A DNA stretch of 63,998 bases, the filler included, from Piptocephalis cylindrospora (Eukaryota), in assembly GCA_003614145.1 (NCBI GenBank). It is 6 parts of 6 records of this genome, joined end to end, with 100 filler letters (N's around TTAATTAATTAA, not from the genome) between each part and the next. Parts side by side here need not be neighbours in the genome. Positions count along the whole stretch, not along the records: positions 22,279 to 33,178 come from KZ988014.1; positions 33,279 to 44,154 come from KZ988015.1; 4 more parts are not named here. One strand, 5' to 3'. Below, in pieces: positions 23,027-37,159 of this stretch. The position numbers were made by a program, and so were the translations under genes. Under the pieces are notes generated by a model. It had not been told where the DNA came from. It ran no database searches and was given only the letters and a program-made list of their open reading frames with translations. The stretch's first letter is position 1, and each line of letters starts with the position of its first letter.

Positions 23027-24493
23027 AAGTACGGATATAAATTCCAAATGGTGGGATGAGATGCGACGCGATGTAGTGGAGAGGACAATGGATGTTGGTG
23101 TGATGAATCCATGGTTTGGTCGTTTGTTCTTTCCTTCTATATGGTCTTCTTTTATAACCAAATTCTCATTACTCTTACTTCATAAGAAACACAAGTAAAA
23201 ATAGGGATTCATCCTGCTCTTCTGCTGCATAATGACCGGGTTGCCCCATAATTTGCTTCTCCTAGTGAGAGCTACCCACAATTGCCATTGTTATCCCATG
23301 TAAGATTTGATTACCAAGGCTCATCTCAGCACATAAAATAACACATAGAGGACGCTGTCTCAATAGAAATACCCTGCATGGTCCATGGGTGGGTCGCTTG
23401 ACCCATGAACGAGTTATACGATACATGTGCCGGTTTAGTAACGAGGTCAGCGACCAGGGTCAAACATCCCATATCCGACAATTCCGCCGATCACCCTGAA
23501 TGCACCCCTATAAACCCATGGGTATACCATCTCTTTCCGTCACTTGCATAGGGTAATGCACCTATCCTCCGGAGCAACTCCTATTTATCCTCTATGACAC
23601 GGTATGTATGTAGACATATCTTCCACTGAACCCGTTTACAATGCCTAGCGGTCCTTACCTAATGCCTCGGCCCCCAGCCAAGTCCCCGTGAATGGGTAAA
23701 TCCAGGGACCCACATCATCATGCCATGGAATGTATACTGGGGAAGGGGAAGTACCACATGGAGAGTAAGGGTTTATTACTTGGGTCTACAAAAGAGAGGA
23801 AAATGACCCTGGAGTACTAAAATAGTCAGATATCCTGTAGACATTATAATCAATTGTTTATGCAGACAATGCCCCGACCCCTTTCATGTAGTTAATGATG
23901 GCTCGTTCAATTTTGTTCACTATGGGAAAAGCTGATGCAATAAGGCTCGACTGCGCTCCTCAAGGCCACACCATTTGCACGTTTGAAGAAGCTCCCCCCC
24001 TCCGTTCGCATACCAATACCCCTAATAATAATAATAATGATGGTGCGGACAAGCCGCAAGTTAAGATGTCTCGGAATCACTTTCACCATTCAGCATTGGC
24101 TTTTCTACACCATGTGGAGATGTGCAGCGCTTACAAATTCAAGGGGAAATTGGTGCATTCATCTACCGGGGTGGAAACAGTAAGGAAGGATGCATGAATA
24201 TAGGGAACCACGACGACTCTAACGGGACGCACTGGATTGATGGAGGTGTTTAGACTTGAAGGATGAGATAGTTGACATGGAGTAAGCGATAGTGTCCAAG
24301 GAAGGAATGAAGTCCGCTGAGGCAAGATGACACGTCTTTAGCGATACCTTCTCCTTCCTACTCGGCAACTATTGCCATCATTCCATACTATACTCATCTC
24401 AGTGTCCATTATGTATTAAATATACAATTTCCCAACAAATAATACGCTCCAAATGCAAAAACACAAGGGACCCAGGTTCTATTGGTAAACAAT

Positions 24494-25084
24494 TTAGGGG
24501 GATGCCTTGGACTTGGCCATAAAGGCCTCGGCCCATTGCTGTATCCTCTCGGCATTAGATTCCATTTGGTCGGCCGTCTCACTGACCAGCTCGACAATCA
24601 TCTCCTCGGGGAACTGAGATCGGGCCTCCTCTAGACACTCTTGGAAAATCTCACACTCGATGTTTTCCTGTACCTTAGACTCAGTGTATCCTCGACCCTG
24701 AAGTCGATCGTACAAGAGAGTGTTGTTGGTGCGCAGAACTACCACTAGATCAAACCAATCCTCGGGGAATAGATCAGATCCATGAAAGTCTACCACTTTG
24801 CCCCCATCGCGTAGTTCTTCTTCGAGATAATCCAGGAGCTTGTCCTCATTCAAGTCTAAACTGTCGTACTCCTCCAGGTATCCGTCGTGGAGTTGCTGCT
24901 CCCGAACAAGCTTCCCTATTTCCATATGCTCAAAGGACGTGAGCTGAGCCACCATCTCGGCCGTACTAGTTTTTCCTGTCCCAGGAGTCCCAGTGACGAG
25001 AATGTTGGGCAGGGTCCGTTCCGGCATGGCAGAGAAACGGGCCTCCTCATCGTCCGAGGGGCTGTTGTTGTACGACACGTCCAT
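24494..25084 (-). CDS. FAP7: Adenylate kinase 6 / Fap7 (40S biogenesis ATPase)
   Basis: PNILVTGTPGTGKTS, VVDFHGSDLFPEDWFDLVVVLRT, LYDRLQGRGY, ENIECEIF. Confidence 0.96.
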   Translation of the reverse strand: MDVSYNNSPSDDEEARFSAMPERTLPNILVTGTPGTGKTSTAEMVAQLTSFEHMEIGKLVREQQLHDGYLEEYDSLDLNEDKLLDYLEEELRDGGKVVDFHGSDLFPEDWFDLVVVLRTNNTLLYDRLQGRGYTESKVQENIECEIFQECLEEARSQFPEEMIVELVSETADQMESNAERIQQWAEAFMAKSKASP

Positions 25085-26101
25085 GAGTGTGGATAGGGGG
25101 ATGCTGGGACAAGGAGGGAGGAAGGAAAGAAAGGGGATGCAATAACGGAAAGGGGGACTGAGCCCTAGTACAAGCTTGATCCAGACCCCTTCCACAACTC
25201 CTCGAAACAGGGTATTTTTTTATCAGTCCGTGCAACCATGTTTTGACAGCTAAAATATGTATAATTTAACCTTTTTGGAGGTCTACATACTAATCGATAG
25301 ATCGAGCGGGACAGGGCTACCAGATAGAGTATCTGCCCCTTGTCATTACAATTATTGTCCTTGAAAGGCTGCATTTGCTCCTATATAGTCAGTTAATATC
25401 TATAACTTAAATGTAACATTAGTATATCCTACTCCAATTTCTAGAAAAAATATGGTTCAACTGATGCAATATCAAGTATAGTGTCACGCATGGGGCGGTA
25501 CTCTCAAGAAAGAGACGTTTTAGGGCGCAATTGGCAATTGATGAAAGGCGATGGGGAGTGTGGGGGTGGACTCCCCACATCATCCCAGAAAGGGCACAAC
25601 AAGGTCCGTATCAGAGCCAGAGAGGTAGAAACACATAGAGGGTAGGATGGGTGGGGTGAGCATTAAAGAGGTAGGCGGAGCGAGGGTCTTTTCCTTTTTC
25701 TTCCCTCTCTTGGGCCTTTCTCTTGTCTCCAACCCTTTTCTCCATTCCCCTTGTATCGTGCTGCAACCGCTAATACTGCTGCCATCTTCCTCTCTCCATC
25801 AAGACAACCACAACAGGGAGGTTTTCAGACTTATATGCCAGATCATGATATTGATTCATCTAATTTTAACTTTTTTTTCTTTGGTATTTCCCCCACACTC
25901 GAGCCCACCAGCCCCAGTGACAGAGGATGTCGCGACCACTCCGAAAAAGTCCGCCGTCTCAATATCCTACGACATCATGGATGCAACATCATCTCCCCAT
26001 GATCGTCAATGCCTTAGGCCCACCGCTCACAAAGGTGCCTTTCTTTCCAATTTACCCTTTCTTACCCTCCAGTATTGACCTTCCACACGGACATCTACGA
26101 C

Positions 26102-27427
26102 ATGACCTCTTCCTCAGGCCTTCCCAAGCCAGGTAAGGAATGAAGTTGTGTCGATATTTGAGACAAGGCCCGATATGAGGAAAGTGTGCACTCAGTCAAT
26201 TGCTTCCAGATACAGCTCCATCCAGCACTCGAGATACCAATCTGGAAGGAGTAGTTATCTCTCCGTTTAATCTAGCTGCGCCATATGACCCGTAAGTGCA
26301 GTACTCAATGATCATTACCTTTCAACACGGGCCTTACCCCGATTGACCTATCTCATCCTACTAGATCTATCCCCGTGGAACATCGACTGGCCAGGGCTAT
26401 CCATCGATTCCGAAAAAAGCGCTCTCTTGTCCCATCGGGTCCACAATACGAAATATTCAAAAGTTATATGGCGTCCGTACTTTACTGACCATTCACTTGG
26501 CTTTGTCCACTGACATGTTCATTCTTGAAACCCTTGATTAGACATGGTGGGGTGGATGTGGGGTGCAAGTCCTTTGTGAAGAATCCGCAGCCCGATGAGA
26601 TGGATTCCGATGGAGATGGCCCTCCGATGGACCAGGAGGGGTTTGGGCTAATCAAACACTTGGGTAGCTCAAAGTATCAACGGACCATTGACTTTACGGG
26701 CCTAATTCGAGAATTCCTCTCCACAGAGATTTGGTTCACCACCCGGGAGGGGGACAATCAAGAGAGCATTGAGGTGGCTGGCCCTGTCTTGGCCAAGTTC
26801 TTGACCTACCTTCAGATGCACCAAGTATGTCCCGAGTACGAAGAAGATATCAAGAATGCCTTGGAGGTCGCAAACATTGCAACAACACAGCTCCCCCTGT
26901 GTCATCGGCTGAGCGTAGCTCTTCCTTCGTCCCGAGATAAATCCCTCAGCGCCTACTATGGTGGTCGATTGGCAGGACAGCTGGATGAGAATGGTGCCTT
27001 TTTCCCTTTAAAGAAGCGAGAAGCCCTTCTCAGGGTCACCAGGGAAGAAATGCTGTCGTGGAGGCTTCCCGGAGATTCATGGTCCTGGAACGCTTCTTCC
27101 CCAAAGAGCGCTCTAATCAAAGTGGAGGGAATTCGAAGAACGGAAAGAGGCATAGAATTAATTGGTCGAGTCATTCAGGGTGAAGATGAGAAGGGCCGAT
27201 CCTCAGAGGTACGACTACATGTACCGGAGGTTGTTTTCGGGGAGGATCCTTTTTCCCAAGAAGTAGGGATCAAAGATTTGCTCATTGAGGGGGAATTTGG
27301 AATCTTGCGTCAAGAGAAAGGTCTAGCGATCTGGGTTTTAGAACGATTACTTGGGGTCTGGCCCTCTTACACCCCCCGAACCTCTGATGGTTGGGTATCT
27401 TTGGCTGAGGACCGAAATGGGTGGTAG
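26102..27427 (+). CDS. arb1: Argonaute siRNA chaperone complex subunit Arb1-like, 4 exons
   Basis: Spliced: ..AAPYDP|SIPVEHRLARAIHRFRKKR..IFKSYMA|HGGVDVG..IDFTGLIREFLS..VLAKFLTYLQMHQVCPEYEEDIKNALEVANIA..LP, matching the Arb1 family pattern (YD..R...AI.RF; VDF; FL.Y.L.H.VCPEY). Confidence 0.82.
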
Positions 27428-28768
27428 TGGCGGGTGAGTCAAAGAATGTGGAGGGTAAAGTTATGCAGGAAGCGCGTAATTTGGCTGAAATCATACCCAA
27501 AAGGATGGTATGGTATGGCATAAAAAGTAAATGCATGCTCTCTCCTGAGATTTGCTTGTTTTATAGTAAAGACAAAGGAATATGACTCATCCAGATGCAC
27601 ATCGTGACCATACGGCCACTAATCTCAAATTATCGTGAACGTGTGCCCCATGCACATGCCATGGGATTTGGCCTCTTGCATGTCTTTCACGCTTGAATCG
27701 ACACAACTACCGTCGTTTTTGGCGGATCGGGGCAAGAAAGATAACTGGGGGCTTCTAGCTCATGTCTATATGCATCACAATCCATCCCCTTGGAGCATGG
27801 GACTGACACTACAAAAGGTGGGGTGTCTGCTGCAGGGGGGTTTATAGGTGCCCCCCTTCCCTCCTTCCCCCCCCCATTGTATCTCCTCGATTCTCCCATC
27901 ATCCTATACCCCTCTAAGGGGTCTAGTTTGTCTCCTGTGCAGGGCCAGAAAAGAGTAGCACATGTCCTCCCATAGCATTTACGAAAGTGGACTAAACGTA
28001 ACAAAGAAGTGAATCTTTGTCTCTTCATCCTATGATACATCTATCACATTCTTGAATTCTGCATGGTGGTAGGAACAATGAGGAGCAGCCTATCTCCTTA
28101 TCCTATCCCATTTTCCCTTCGCATCCCATGCCCCTCGGAGATCAGGAAAGGGCGCTAACAGTGTAGGGAGCGTGCATTACATTGCAGTTCTAGTCGGCGC
28201 ATAGGGCGCCTCAGAATAGCACATTTCTATTTTCAGGGGGCCTTGGGGTGGAAACATCAGGGATGCAGATGAACGGAGGGTGGCACGATGGACTGGGAGT
28301 TTCTGGACTGTACATACATGTTCCTTTTCATAAGAAGGGGAAATAAGGTGAAGAGGAGAAAAGATATGAGGCTAAGGGTCCTAAATAGGGCAGGGCAGGG
28401 CAGGGGGAAAGCATCTGAGGAGCAAGGCTATCGAGAAGACAAGAGCACACCATGGCAGGACACTTCCCATGGCGCATAGGGGGAGAGGGGTATTTAGTAC
28501 TTCTCCTTTGTTCCTCCTGGTATGTATAAATAGGCGATTTCAAATCATCCGTCCCCCATCTCCTCCATGCAGGGTTACTTGCTCCTCTCATCACGCTTCC
28601 TTTTACTCCATTACTCAATATCACCTTGTCCTTGACTCGTTCTTTCATACACCTCACCCCATCCTTTCTTCTCCTTGCCGGTTCAGAGAGTACACACTAC
28701 TTCCTCTCCATCTTCTCCATCCATCCTCCCATTGATACTTGGTAGATTGAATCTTCCTCATCCACAGC

Positions 28769-29467
28769 ATGTTTACCCACATCTTTTCCAGTTCGGTTTG
28801 GCCCATGGTAGGTCATTGAATGTCGTGCTCTTTATAACCGAGACCATATGACTCACACTATGCCATCCACTAGATTTTCCTTGCTGCTCTAAACAGCTTC
28901 CCCGCATCCTCAGGCCTTCCATCCGGCTCGGCAGATACCTCGACCCAACTTATGCCTATCAAGGTGGATGTTATGCCTCATAGTGTTACGGGAGTATGCT
29001 CCACAGAAACAGTCAATACGGTCAGCTACGCCGTGGCTTCTTCTCCCCCAGGGATCAATGGAGTCTTTCTCCTTCCTGAATCCGCGTACAAGTCCATCCT
29101 ATCCTCTCTCTCCAATCATCAAGTCGCCCCCATTGAGGCCTACCCCTCTCTTTCATGCAATACTACAGATCCAGTTACCCGGTGCCGAAAGTACACTTTA
29201 CCCGATGAGGTCCTGTCCGACCGTGTCAACCATTGTGTCATGCTACGAAACGAGCAGTCAGTCTCCATCAGCGCCAATGTCTTGGTGTCGTGGGATAACT
29301 CGACCAGCCTGGGCAGTATCACAGCACCACCAGCCCCGGAGAAGGCGGCCATTCGGTCAGGTACGAATGGAGCAAATATTATCTCCTCTGCCTCCTCCGA
29401 AGGGCCTGGCCTCGAGTTTTACTCTCTCCTTGTCTCTACAGGGGCTATAATGACAATGTATTATTAG
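28769..29467 (+). CDS. Secreted, probably GPI-anchored Cys-containing protein (paralogue 1)
   Basis: ATG 28769 with intron about 28809-28873; four-Cys domain shared with 30735-31460; Ser/Ala linker and hydrophobic C-terminus. Confidence 0.7.
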
Positions 29468-30734
29468 ATCACAAGGAAGTACGTCTTTCTGTTGATATTA
29501 TATTGCCCTGTTATTTAAATAGGCTTGCTAAGGGGGAGTGAGGGGGGGAGGGGGGAATGTAATAATAACACACCTTTGGTTTATCCATGCCGGTGAGGAT
29601 TGTACTACTTGCGAACGCTATCTTAAAGTTACTACTGTCCCTCGGAGTCGGACTGACCCTATCCTCACATGTGACCAGTGATCAAAGACCCTTGCTTGCA
29701 TAGATCAATAAACACTGTTCATCTTGCTACCTAATATTACTCGCATGTCCTTTTTGATTTCGTTACTCACCCTTCCTCTCCAGTAGGACCCGGTCTCTCA
29801 GGATGCCCTCCACTCTAGAGCCATCATCCTACCCCGCCTCATTGGGGCGTCATTATGCGGAGATTCAAAAACCGGACATACTTTATACCCCGACTCTATC
29901 CGACTCCGACTTTGCCCCCTTCCGCCATCTACTCAGGACTCCGCTCTGCCTTCATACAGACCAAATACTACTGGCCTTGGTGGAATAGAGCTAGTGCTAT
30001 GGACTCCGAATCTATCTACCGTCATTCCTGTGCCATCCCCAACTTGCCTTGGTTATATCACCTTAGGTTGGTGCCGTCTTTTGGGACGGTCCTAAGGAAA
30101 TCACTTCCCCTCCTTCTGCTTCCTCCCTTCCTTCCTCCTTCCGATCTCCTCCTTTTCCTCTCCCTCCGCCTCGCTTTGGCCTTTGGCTTCTTGCCCTCTC
30201 CAACTCCCTGACAGAGGACGCTCAGCTTTCGCACTTCCTCTCACAGACCATCCTTCAGCTTCTCCCTCTTCCCGTCTTGCCTACTCTTCTCAAAGTCTGG
30301 CTCCACCTCTTGGGAAATTCTTGTGCTTGGTAAGTAATTCTTTCTCCATCCTCCCTCTTGTCTCTTGCCTACCACTCTACACGCCGTCTCCCCCAAACGC
30401 AACCCCACCTAGCCTAACGCACTTCTGAACGTTCCTCAACGCCCATCTTTCCCCGTCCCATCCCCGTCCTCTCTTTCCCCAGCCTCCGCTTGCTTGCCTA
30501 TTCCCTTCAACCGCGTCAATCTTACGACTCCTTCTTCTTCTTCTTCTCCTCTCCACCTCCAATCCCTGGACACACTTGCACGGTCGGTTGCACTTATCCT
30601 GTGTGGCCCGTACTATTTCATCGATCTTGATCATTTACGCGTGTACCACACACCAAGTCTCATTGCCCGTATCGTGCTTGTGCTCTGGTAGCATTGCCCT
30701 CTCCTTCTCTCTATCTCTCTCTCCCCTTCACAGA

Positions 30735-31460
30735 ATGAATCTTCATGCGCTATTGATTCTACCAGGACTGGCTGTGACCCTTCTTCTCTTCAATGTCGGA
30801 CTCATTCAACTCACGGATGCTACATCACAGCGTCTCCCTGTTCGTCCCAACACACTGGCCACCGTCTGTTCTCAATCCCCATCAGTTGATGTTCGGTATC
30901 AAGTTAACATTACGGCCCTTGATGCGACCAGCCCCAAACCCTCTGGGGCAAATGGGATATTCATCATGAAGAGCACCGACCTCAGTAGGTATCAGCAGCT
31001 CATTGCCTCTGGAAACACCACAGCCAAAGTTGTGGGGTATTCCGGACTCTCATGTGACCAACCAACCGTTCCCTCATGCGCCAGAGGTACTGATGCTCGT
31101 CGAAAGATTGTCGAGTCCAACATCTATCCTTGCCTCGTCATCCGCAACCGTGGATCTACTGCCTTTCAGGCTTTGATTTCCATAGAGTTTGACGCTGTTA
31201 CTCCCTTGGCTAATCCCCTGACTGCCAATCCTCAGGCCGCCCCATCGGCTCAAGGCACTGGTGGTTCTGCTGCTGCTACTGGGGCGCCGGGGGCCGCGGG
31301 CACCACAGCCACTTCCGCTCAGGCCGGCAAGGGTGCTGATGGGGGTACCTCAGATTTTTTCAGTTCATCAGCCGCTCGGTCGCTCCCGATTCCCTTGGAT
31401 ATGACCACCCCAGCTGCCCTCCTGCTCACCTGGGCGACGGTTGGCACGATGGTCATTTAA
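30735..31460 (+). CDS. Secreted, probably GPI-anchored Cys-containing protein (paralogue 2)
   Basis: Hydrophobic N-terminus MNLHALLILPGLAVTLLLF; TVCS..GANGIF..YSGLSC..C..CLVIRN; A/T/G-rich linker; SSSA plus hydrophobic tail. Confidence 0.8.
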   Translation: MNLHALLILPGLAVTLLLFNVGLIQLTDATSQRLPVRPNTLATVCSQSPSVDVRYQVNITALDATSPKPSGANGIFIMKSTDLSRYQQLIASGNTTAKVVGYSGLSCDQPTVPSCARGTDARRKIVESNIYPCLVIRNRGSTAFQALISIEFDAVTPLANPLTANPQAAPSAQGTGGSAAATGAPGAAGTTATSAQAGKGADGGTSDFFSSSAARSLPIPLDMTTPAALLLTWATVGTMVI

Positions 31461-31625
31461 ATTCCCCTTTGGAGCTACTTTCATTTGCCCTTCCCCCGCT
31501 CCCCAGGCCTTCTCCATCTTTATGCAATGAAATCCTTCACCTTTCCAATCATTTTCTTTATACGTGACTAATCACCCTATGTATTGTGTCGTTTATCTCA
31601 CTCCCATAATTCCCGCACGTAAAAT

Positions 31626-33023
<1,398 letters not shown>

Positions 33024-33178
33024 TCAAACGCACTGACTACAATGTGTGCTGCCCAAGTGGAGCCTACTTGTCCATGGTTAAAGCAAGGAAAATTATGCCT
33101 TTTTGCTCTATTTTCACACATTTTCATTCTCGTTATTTGGATGGCAGGGATATCACAAAACTCACATCCATTCACAAC

Positions 33179-33278
33179 NNNNNNNNNNNNNNNNNNNNNN
33201 NNNNNNNNNNNNNNNNNNNNNNTTAATTAATTAANNNNNNNNNNNNNNNNNNNNNNNNNNNNNNNNNNNNNNNNNNNN
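33179..33278. other. Artificial contig linker
   Basis: N44-TTAATTAATTAA-N44. Confidence 0.99.
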
Positions 33279-34341
33279 TCCATCAGCTCTCTTGCATGTC
33301 CCCTCTTGAAATATCCCCCTTGATGGTTCCCTCTAAGAGTCGGAAAGGTGATACATAGTGATACGAATTCATTCGCCCAGAGAGGCAGGATAATGGTCGA
33401 GTGAGGAGTGTCTTTGGCCTATGCATGGAGGGGCCATGTGTCAGGACGTATGAGTATCGGTCATTTCTTTCTTTCCTGCTCATTGCATTCGTCTAGGCCA
33501 GTGATGGGCCATTATGAAAGGAGAGGGAGGGGTACATTCGATTTGATTACTCCAAGGTACCTTTCATCGGAAAAGAGGACAAAGGATGCGATGAAGCTCA
33601 AGACCAGGAAGCAACATTGCATAATCGCATCAGGAGCTACTCTTTAGCAAAATGACACTTCCTCATGCATCTTAAACATGACGTGTGGGAGCGGCGGATG
33701 AGGACATGGGGATGGTGATGTCCTAGAAAGGGCGGCTATCCGCACCCTCCAGTCTATACGAAGCGCTGCAAAGAGCTATCGCCAAGACTTTCATCCATTT
33801 TCTACATGGGAGGTGCGAGTCGATCGCTCCATTCATGCCCAGATTCAACTCGGGCCAATCCCGCCTTGTCACTTCGATGAATTGGATATGAACTCCTGAC
33901 ATCCCTGCAAAGCCACATGTCTATTATTAGAAGTATCGTAGCCCTCGATGAATCTAAACATCTAATCTATCGAATGGTGCATATTGCCAAAACAACAACA
34001 AATCCACCTAGCGCTCCCCGGTCCATCCCGAATTTTCATCTCTACAAAATGTTCGCATTTTCACAGTTTTCACTCCGCCGAGACCAGCACACGTCTGTTC
34101 ACCAGCAAAACTCTGGCACACGGTATATGAAGGACAGCGCTCCCTGAATGCCCCACACAGACAGGGTAGTAGAGCCAAAAGAGTGAGAGAGGGGGGAAAA
34201 AGGCCGGGGGAAGGAGGTGGCACGCCTTCAACCATCACTCTTACGGCACACACCGCCCTTATCCGAGCCCAACCTCCCTACGGTCACCCTCCATCTACCC
34301 GTCAAACGCGTCCTCCTCCCTCCTCCCCACCCATCCTCACC

Positions 34342-35365
34342 ATGTCTGCCAAAGTCCCCGCTTTCCTGGACAAGCTTTCCCGTCTGGCCATCCCAGCTGC
34401 CGTGACCATCTCAGCCATCTCCTACTCCCTCTACGATGGTAAGTCATCCTTCCTCCCCGAGGCATCTATAGAGATCTACCATGATCCATCCCATTCCTAA
34501 TCCACCATCAAACCCATCCGTCCCTGTTCAGTTCGTGGTGGGCAGAGGGCGGTCATCTTTGACAGGCTATCTGGAGTTAAGCAAACGACCTCAGGCGAGG
34601 GAACTCACTTCCTCGTCCCTTGGCTGCAACGTGCCATCGTCTACGACATTCGTACTCGTCCCCGGACCATTAGCACTACTACCGGAAGTAAGGATATGCA
34701 GATGGTTACCCTGAGTCTTCGTGTCCTCCATCGTCCCGAACAGGAAGCTCTTCCTGTCATCTACCAGACTCTGGGTCAGGATTACGACGAACGTGTCCTC
34801 CCCAGTATTGGAAACGAAGTGCTTAAGAGCATCGTTGCCCAGTTTGACGCCAGTGAGCTCATTACCCAGCGTGAGCTTGTTTCCTCTCGCATCCGTGAGG
34901 ATCTCCTCCGCCGTGCCAAGGAGTTCCACATTGAGCTTGAGGATGTTTCCATTGTAAGTCGGTCTTTGCTCTTTGTCGTGGGCTCTCACCATTATCACTC
35001 GCGCAGACGTATTCACACCCGATATCATCCATCCCATTCAGACCCATTTGAACTTTGGAAAGGAATTTACCAATGCTGTCGAGCAAAAGCAAATTGCCCA
35101 GCAGGAGGCTGAGCGCGCCAGGTTTGTCGTGGAAAAGGCTGAGCAGGAGAAGCAGGCTGCTGTTATCCGGGCTGAGGGTGAGGCTCAGGCCGCCACCCAG
35201 ATTTCCGAGGCTCTGCAGCGGGCTGGGTCCGGTCTTATTGAGTTCCGCCGCATTGAGGCTAGTAAGGAGATCGCCAGTGTTCTTGCCCAATCCCGCAATG
35301 TCACCTACATTCCCGGTGGCAAGGAGGGTGGAGGTAGTAACATGCTCCTCAACATCGGTCATTGA
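34342..35365 (+). CDS. PHB1: Prohibitin-1
   Basis: [82 protein letters not shown]; introns 34439-34531 and about 34954-35041. Confidence 0.96.
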
Positions 35366-35814
35366 TCAATCCTCCGCAGCTTGTGCTGGGAGATATGTGT
35401 GTGGGGGGAGGAGGGGGGGATGAAAGAGGAAATTTGGAAATGATGGATACTTTCAAGTGTTATTGTTGTTAGGACAAGATCACCCTAGCTAACTAGGAGA
35501 CTCCTTTTTCTCCATCGCTCCCTCTTCTCCACATTTCTAGACCTTACTCTTGTCTTGTGATTGAAAATGCACTCGGGCTCTGATCTTATGGAGGATGTGT
35601 CGCTCTGAGGAATTTTGACTTGTGGAAAGGTTGCCAGATGGGATGGAAAAGTTAGGGTCACGATCCATATCTTCCTTTTGTACGAAGCAATAAGATTAAG
35701 CTTGCGCCCCTGATACGACTAGAGCAGCACACTCATGGAGAGAGTGCACCTCATTCAGGATGAGTCAATAGTCAATTCTTGCCATTGTTCTCCCAACCTT
35801 ACCCCTTATATTTG

Positions 35815-36970
35815 ATGGGATGGTCCACTTCCCACCTCTCTAGCGCATTCCATGTCAAAAGCTCGTTTACTCCAATGCATTTTTCACACCTTATCCATTG
35901 GGAACCTTGGGATGAATTCCGATACAAGGAATCGAGTCATCAAGAAAATCATGGACATACTCATCCCACTATCAACCCTGTCCTTGAAGACCCCTGTAAC
36001 CCGAATGCCCCATTCTACACGCATTATGGGGGATCTGACCCAATTGACATCCTCAGGGAAGCCCATAACAGGCGTATTCCCACTCTTCTCATCCTTGACG
36101 CTTGTCCGAATTCGCCGAAAACTGAGTCCATCGGACTTTCTATTGGCCGTTTACGAGCCCAGTTTGATAAAGAGGTCCTTGATATGATTTGGTGGAAGGG
36201 CCATCGCGAGGAAAAGCTCCCAGAAAGGGTTGAGCCCATCGCTACGATAAATTCTTATGTTCTATGTGATCCTTCATTTACTATCGTTGTCAAGAATTTA
36301 GGAGAATTAAAGAGGCTGATTGATCGGTTCCATTATAAGGTGAGATGCCCTTTCCGAATTTTTGCTGAATCAACACACATTACCATCTAACCCAACCATG
36401 GTTAACTTAGTACCACCCGCCCAAGGTCATCAGATTCTATCACCGCCATGAGTCCTACTATGCATTTTCCAACCTTTCTCCCTTTCCCTTTGAGGACAAC
36501 AATGGAATGCGCTGGGACACCGTTGAACATTACTGTAAGTGCCCTGGAAGTCATTCCCTTTTTTTGACATCGCCTATCCTTTTGCATCTCCCTGTATAGT
36601 CCAGGCTCATAAATTTGTCGATAAACAAGCCCGATTATTCATCGCTAAGCAACCTACCGCCCGATTGGCATTCCAGGAGGCCAGACATTGGGATTCGCTA
36701 AAGAGGGATGATTGGTACAGGATCAAGGAGACAATCATGTTAGATGCCTTGTCTTTCAAGTGGGAGCAACATGAAAATTTAAGGACCAAGCTCCTTTCCA
36801 CCGGGACCGTCCGATTAGAAGAACATACTTCCATGGACACTTACTGGGGAGATGGGGGAGAGACGGGCAATGGAAAGAATCGACTGGGAAAGATGCTTAT
36901 ACATCTAAGGTACCACCTGCAGAAGGGCACGCCCCTCCATTCCCTCCGTTCCGATTACTCTTATCAATGA
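35815..36970 (+). CDS. NADAR (YbiA-like) domain protein with an unassigned N-terminal domain, 3 exons
   Basis: IRFY..YYAFSNLSP..WDTVEHY|FQAHKF..RDDW..M..AL..KWEQHENLRTKLLSTG..L.EHT..D.YWGDG..GKNRLGKML; introns about 36340-36410 and 36535-36599; start codon uncertain. Confidence 0.88.
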
Positions 36971-37159
36971 AGGGGCCTCCAACATCACCTTGGGTCAGTC
37001 CAACCAAGAGTATTATTAACTAGCGTGCTGCCATCATCATCGTTGTGTATGCAAAAATAAAAAAGAGTAAAAGCGCTTATGGATGATGACTACCATTTCT
37101 GTTTGTTCTACCTAACCCCCCCCCCCCCTTCGCTCCCACGGTGTTTTCTCTCCCTCTCC

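Noticed and set aside
29780..30430. ORFs between the two GPI-type paralogues as a third copy
   Set aside because: No shared Cys pattern in the frames examined
33279..33420. Possible minus-strand exon (AKDTPHSTIILPLWANEF..) running off the contig start
   Set aside because: No upstream exon or family could be established
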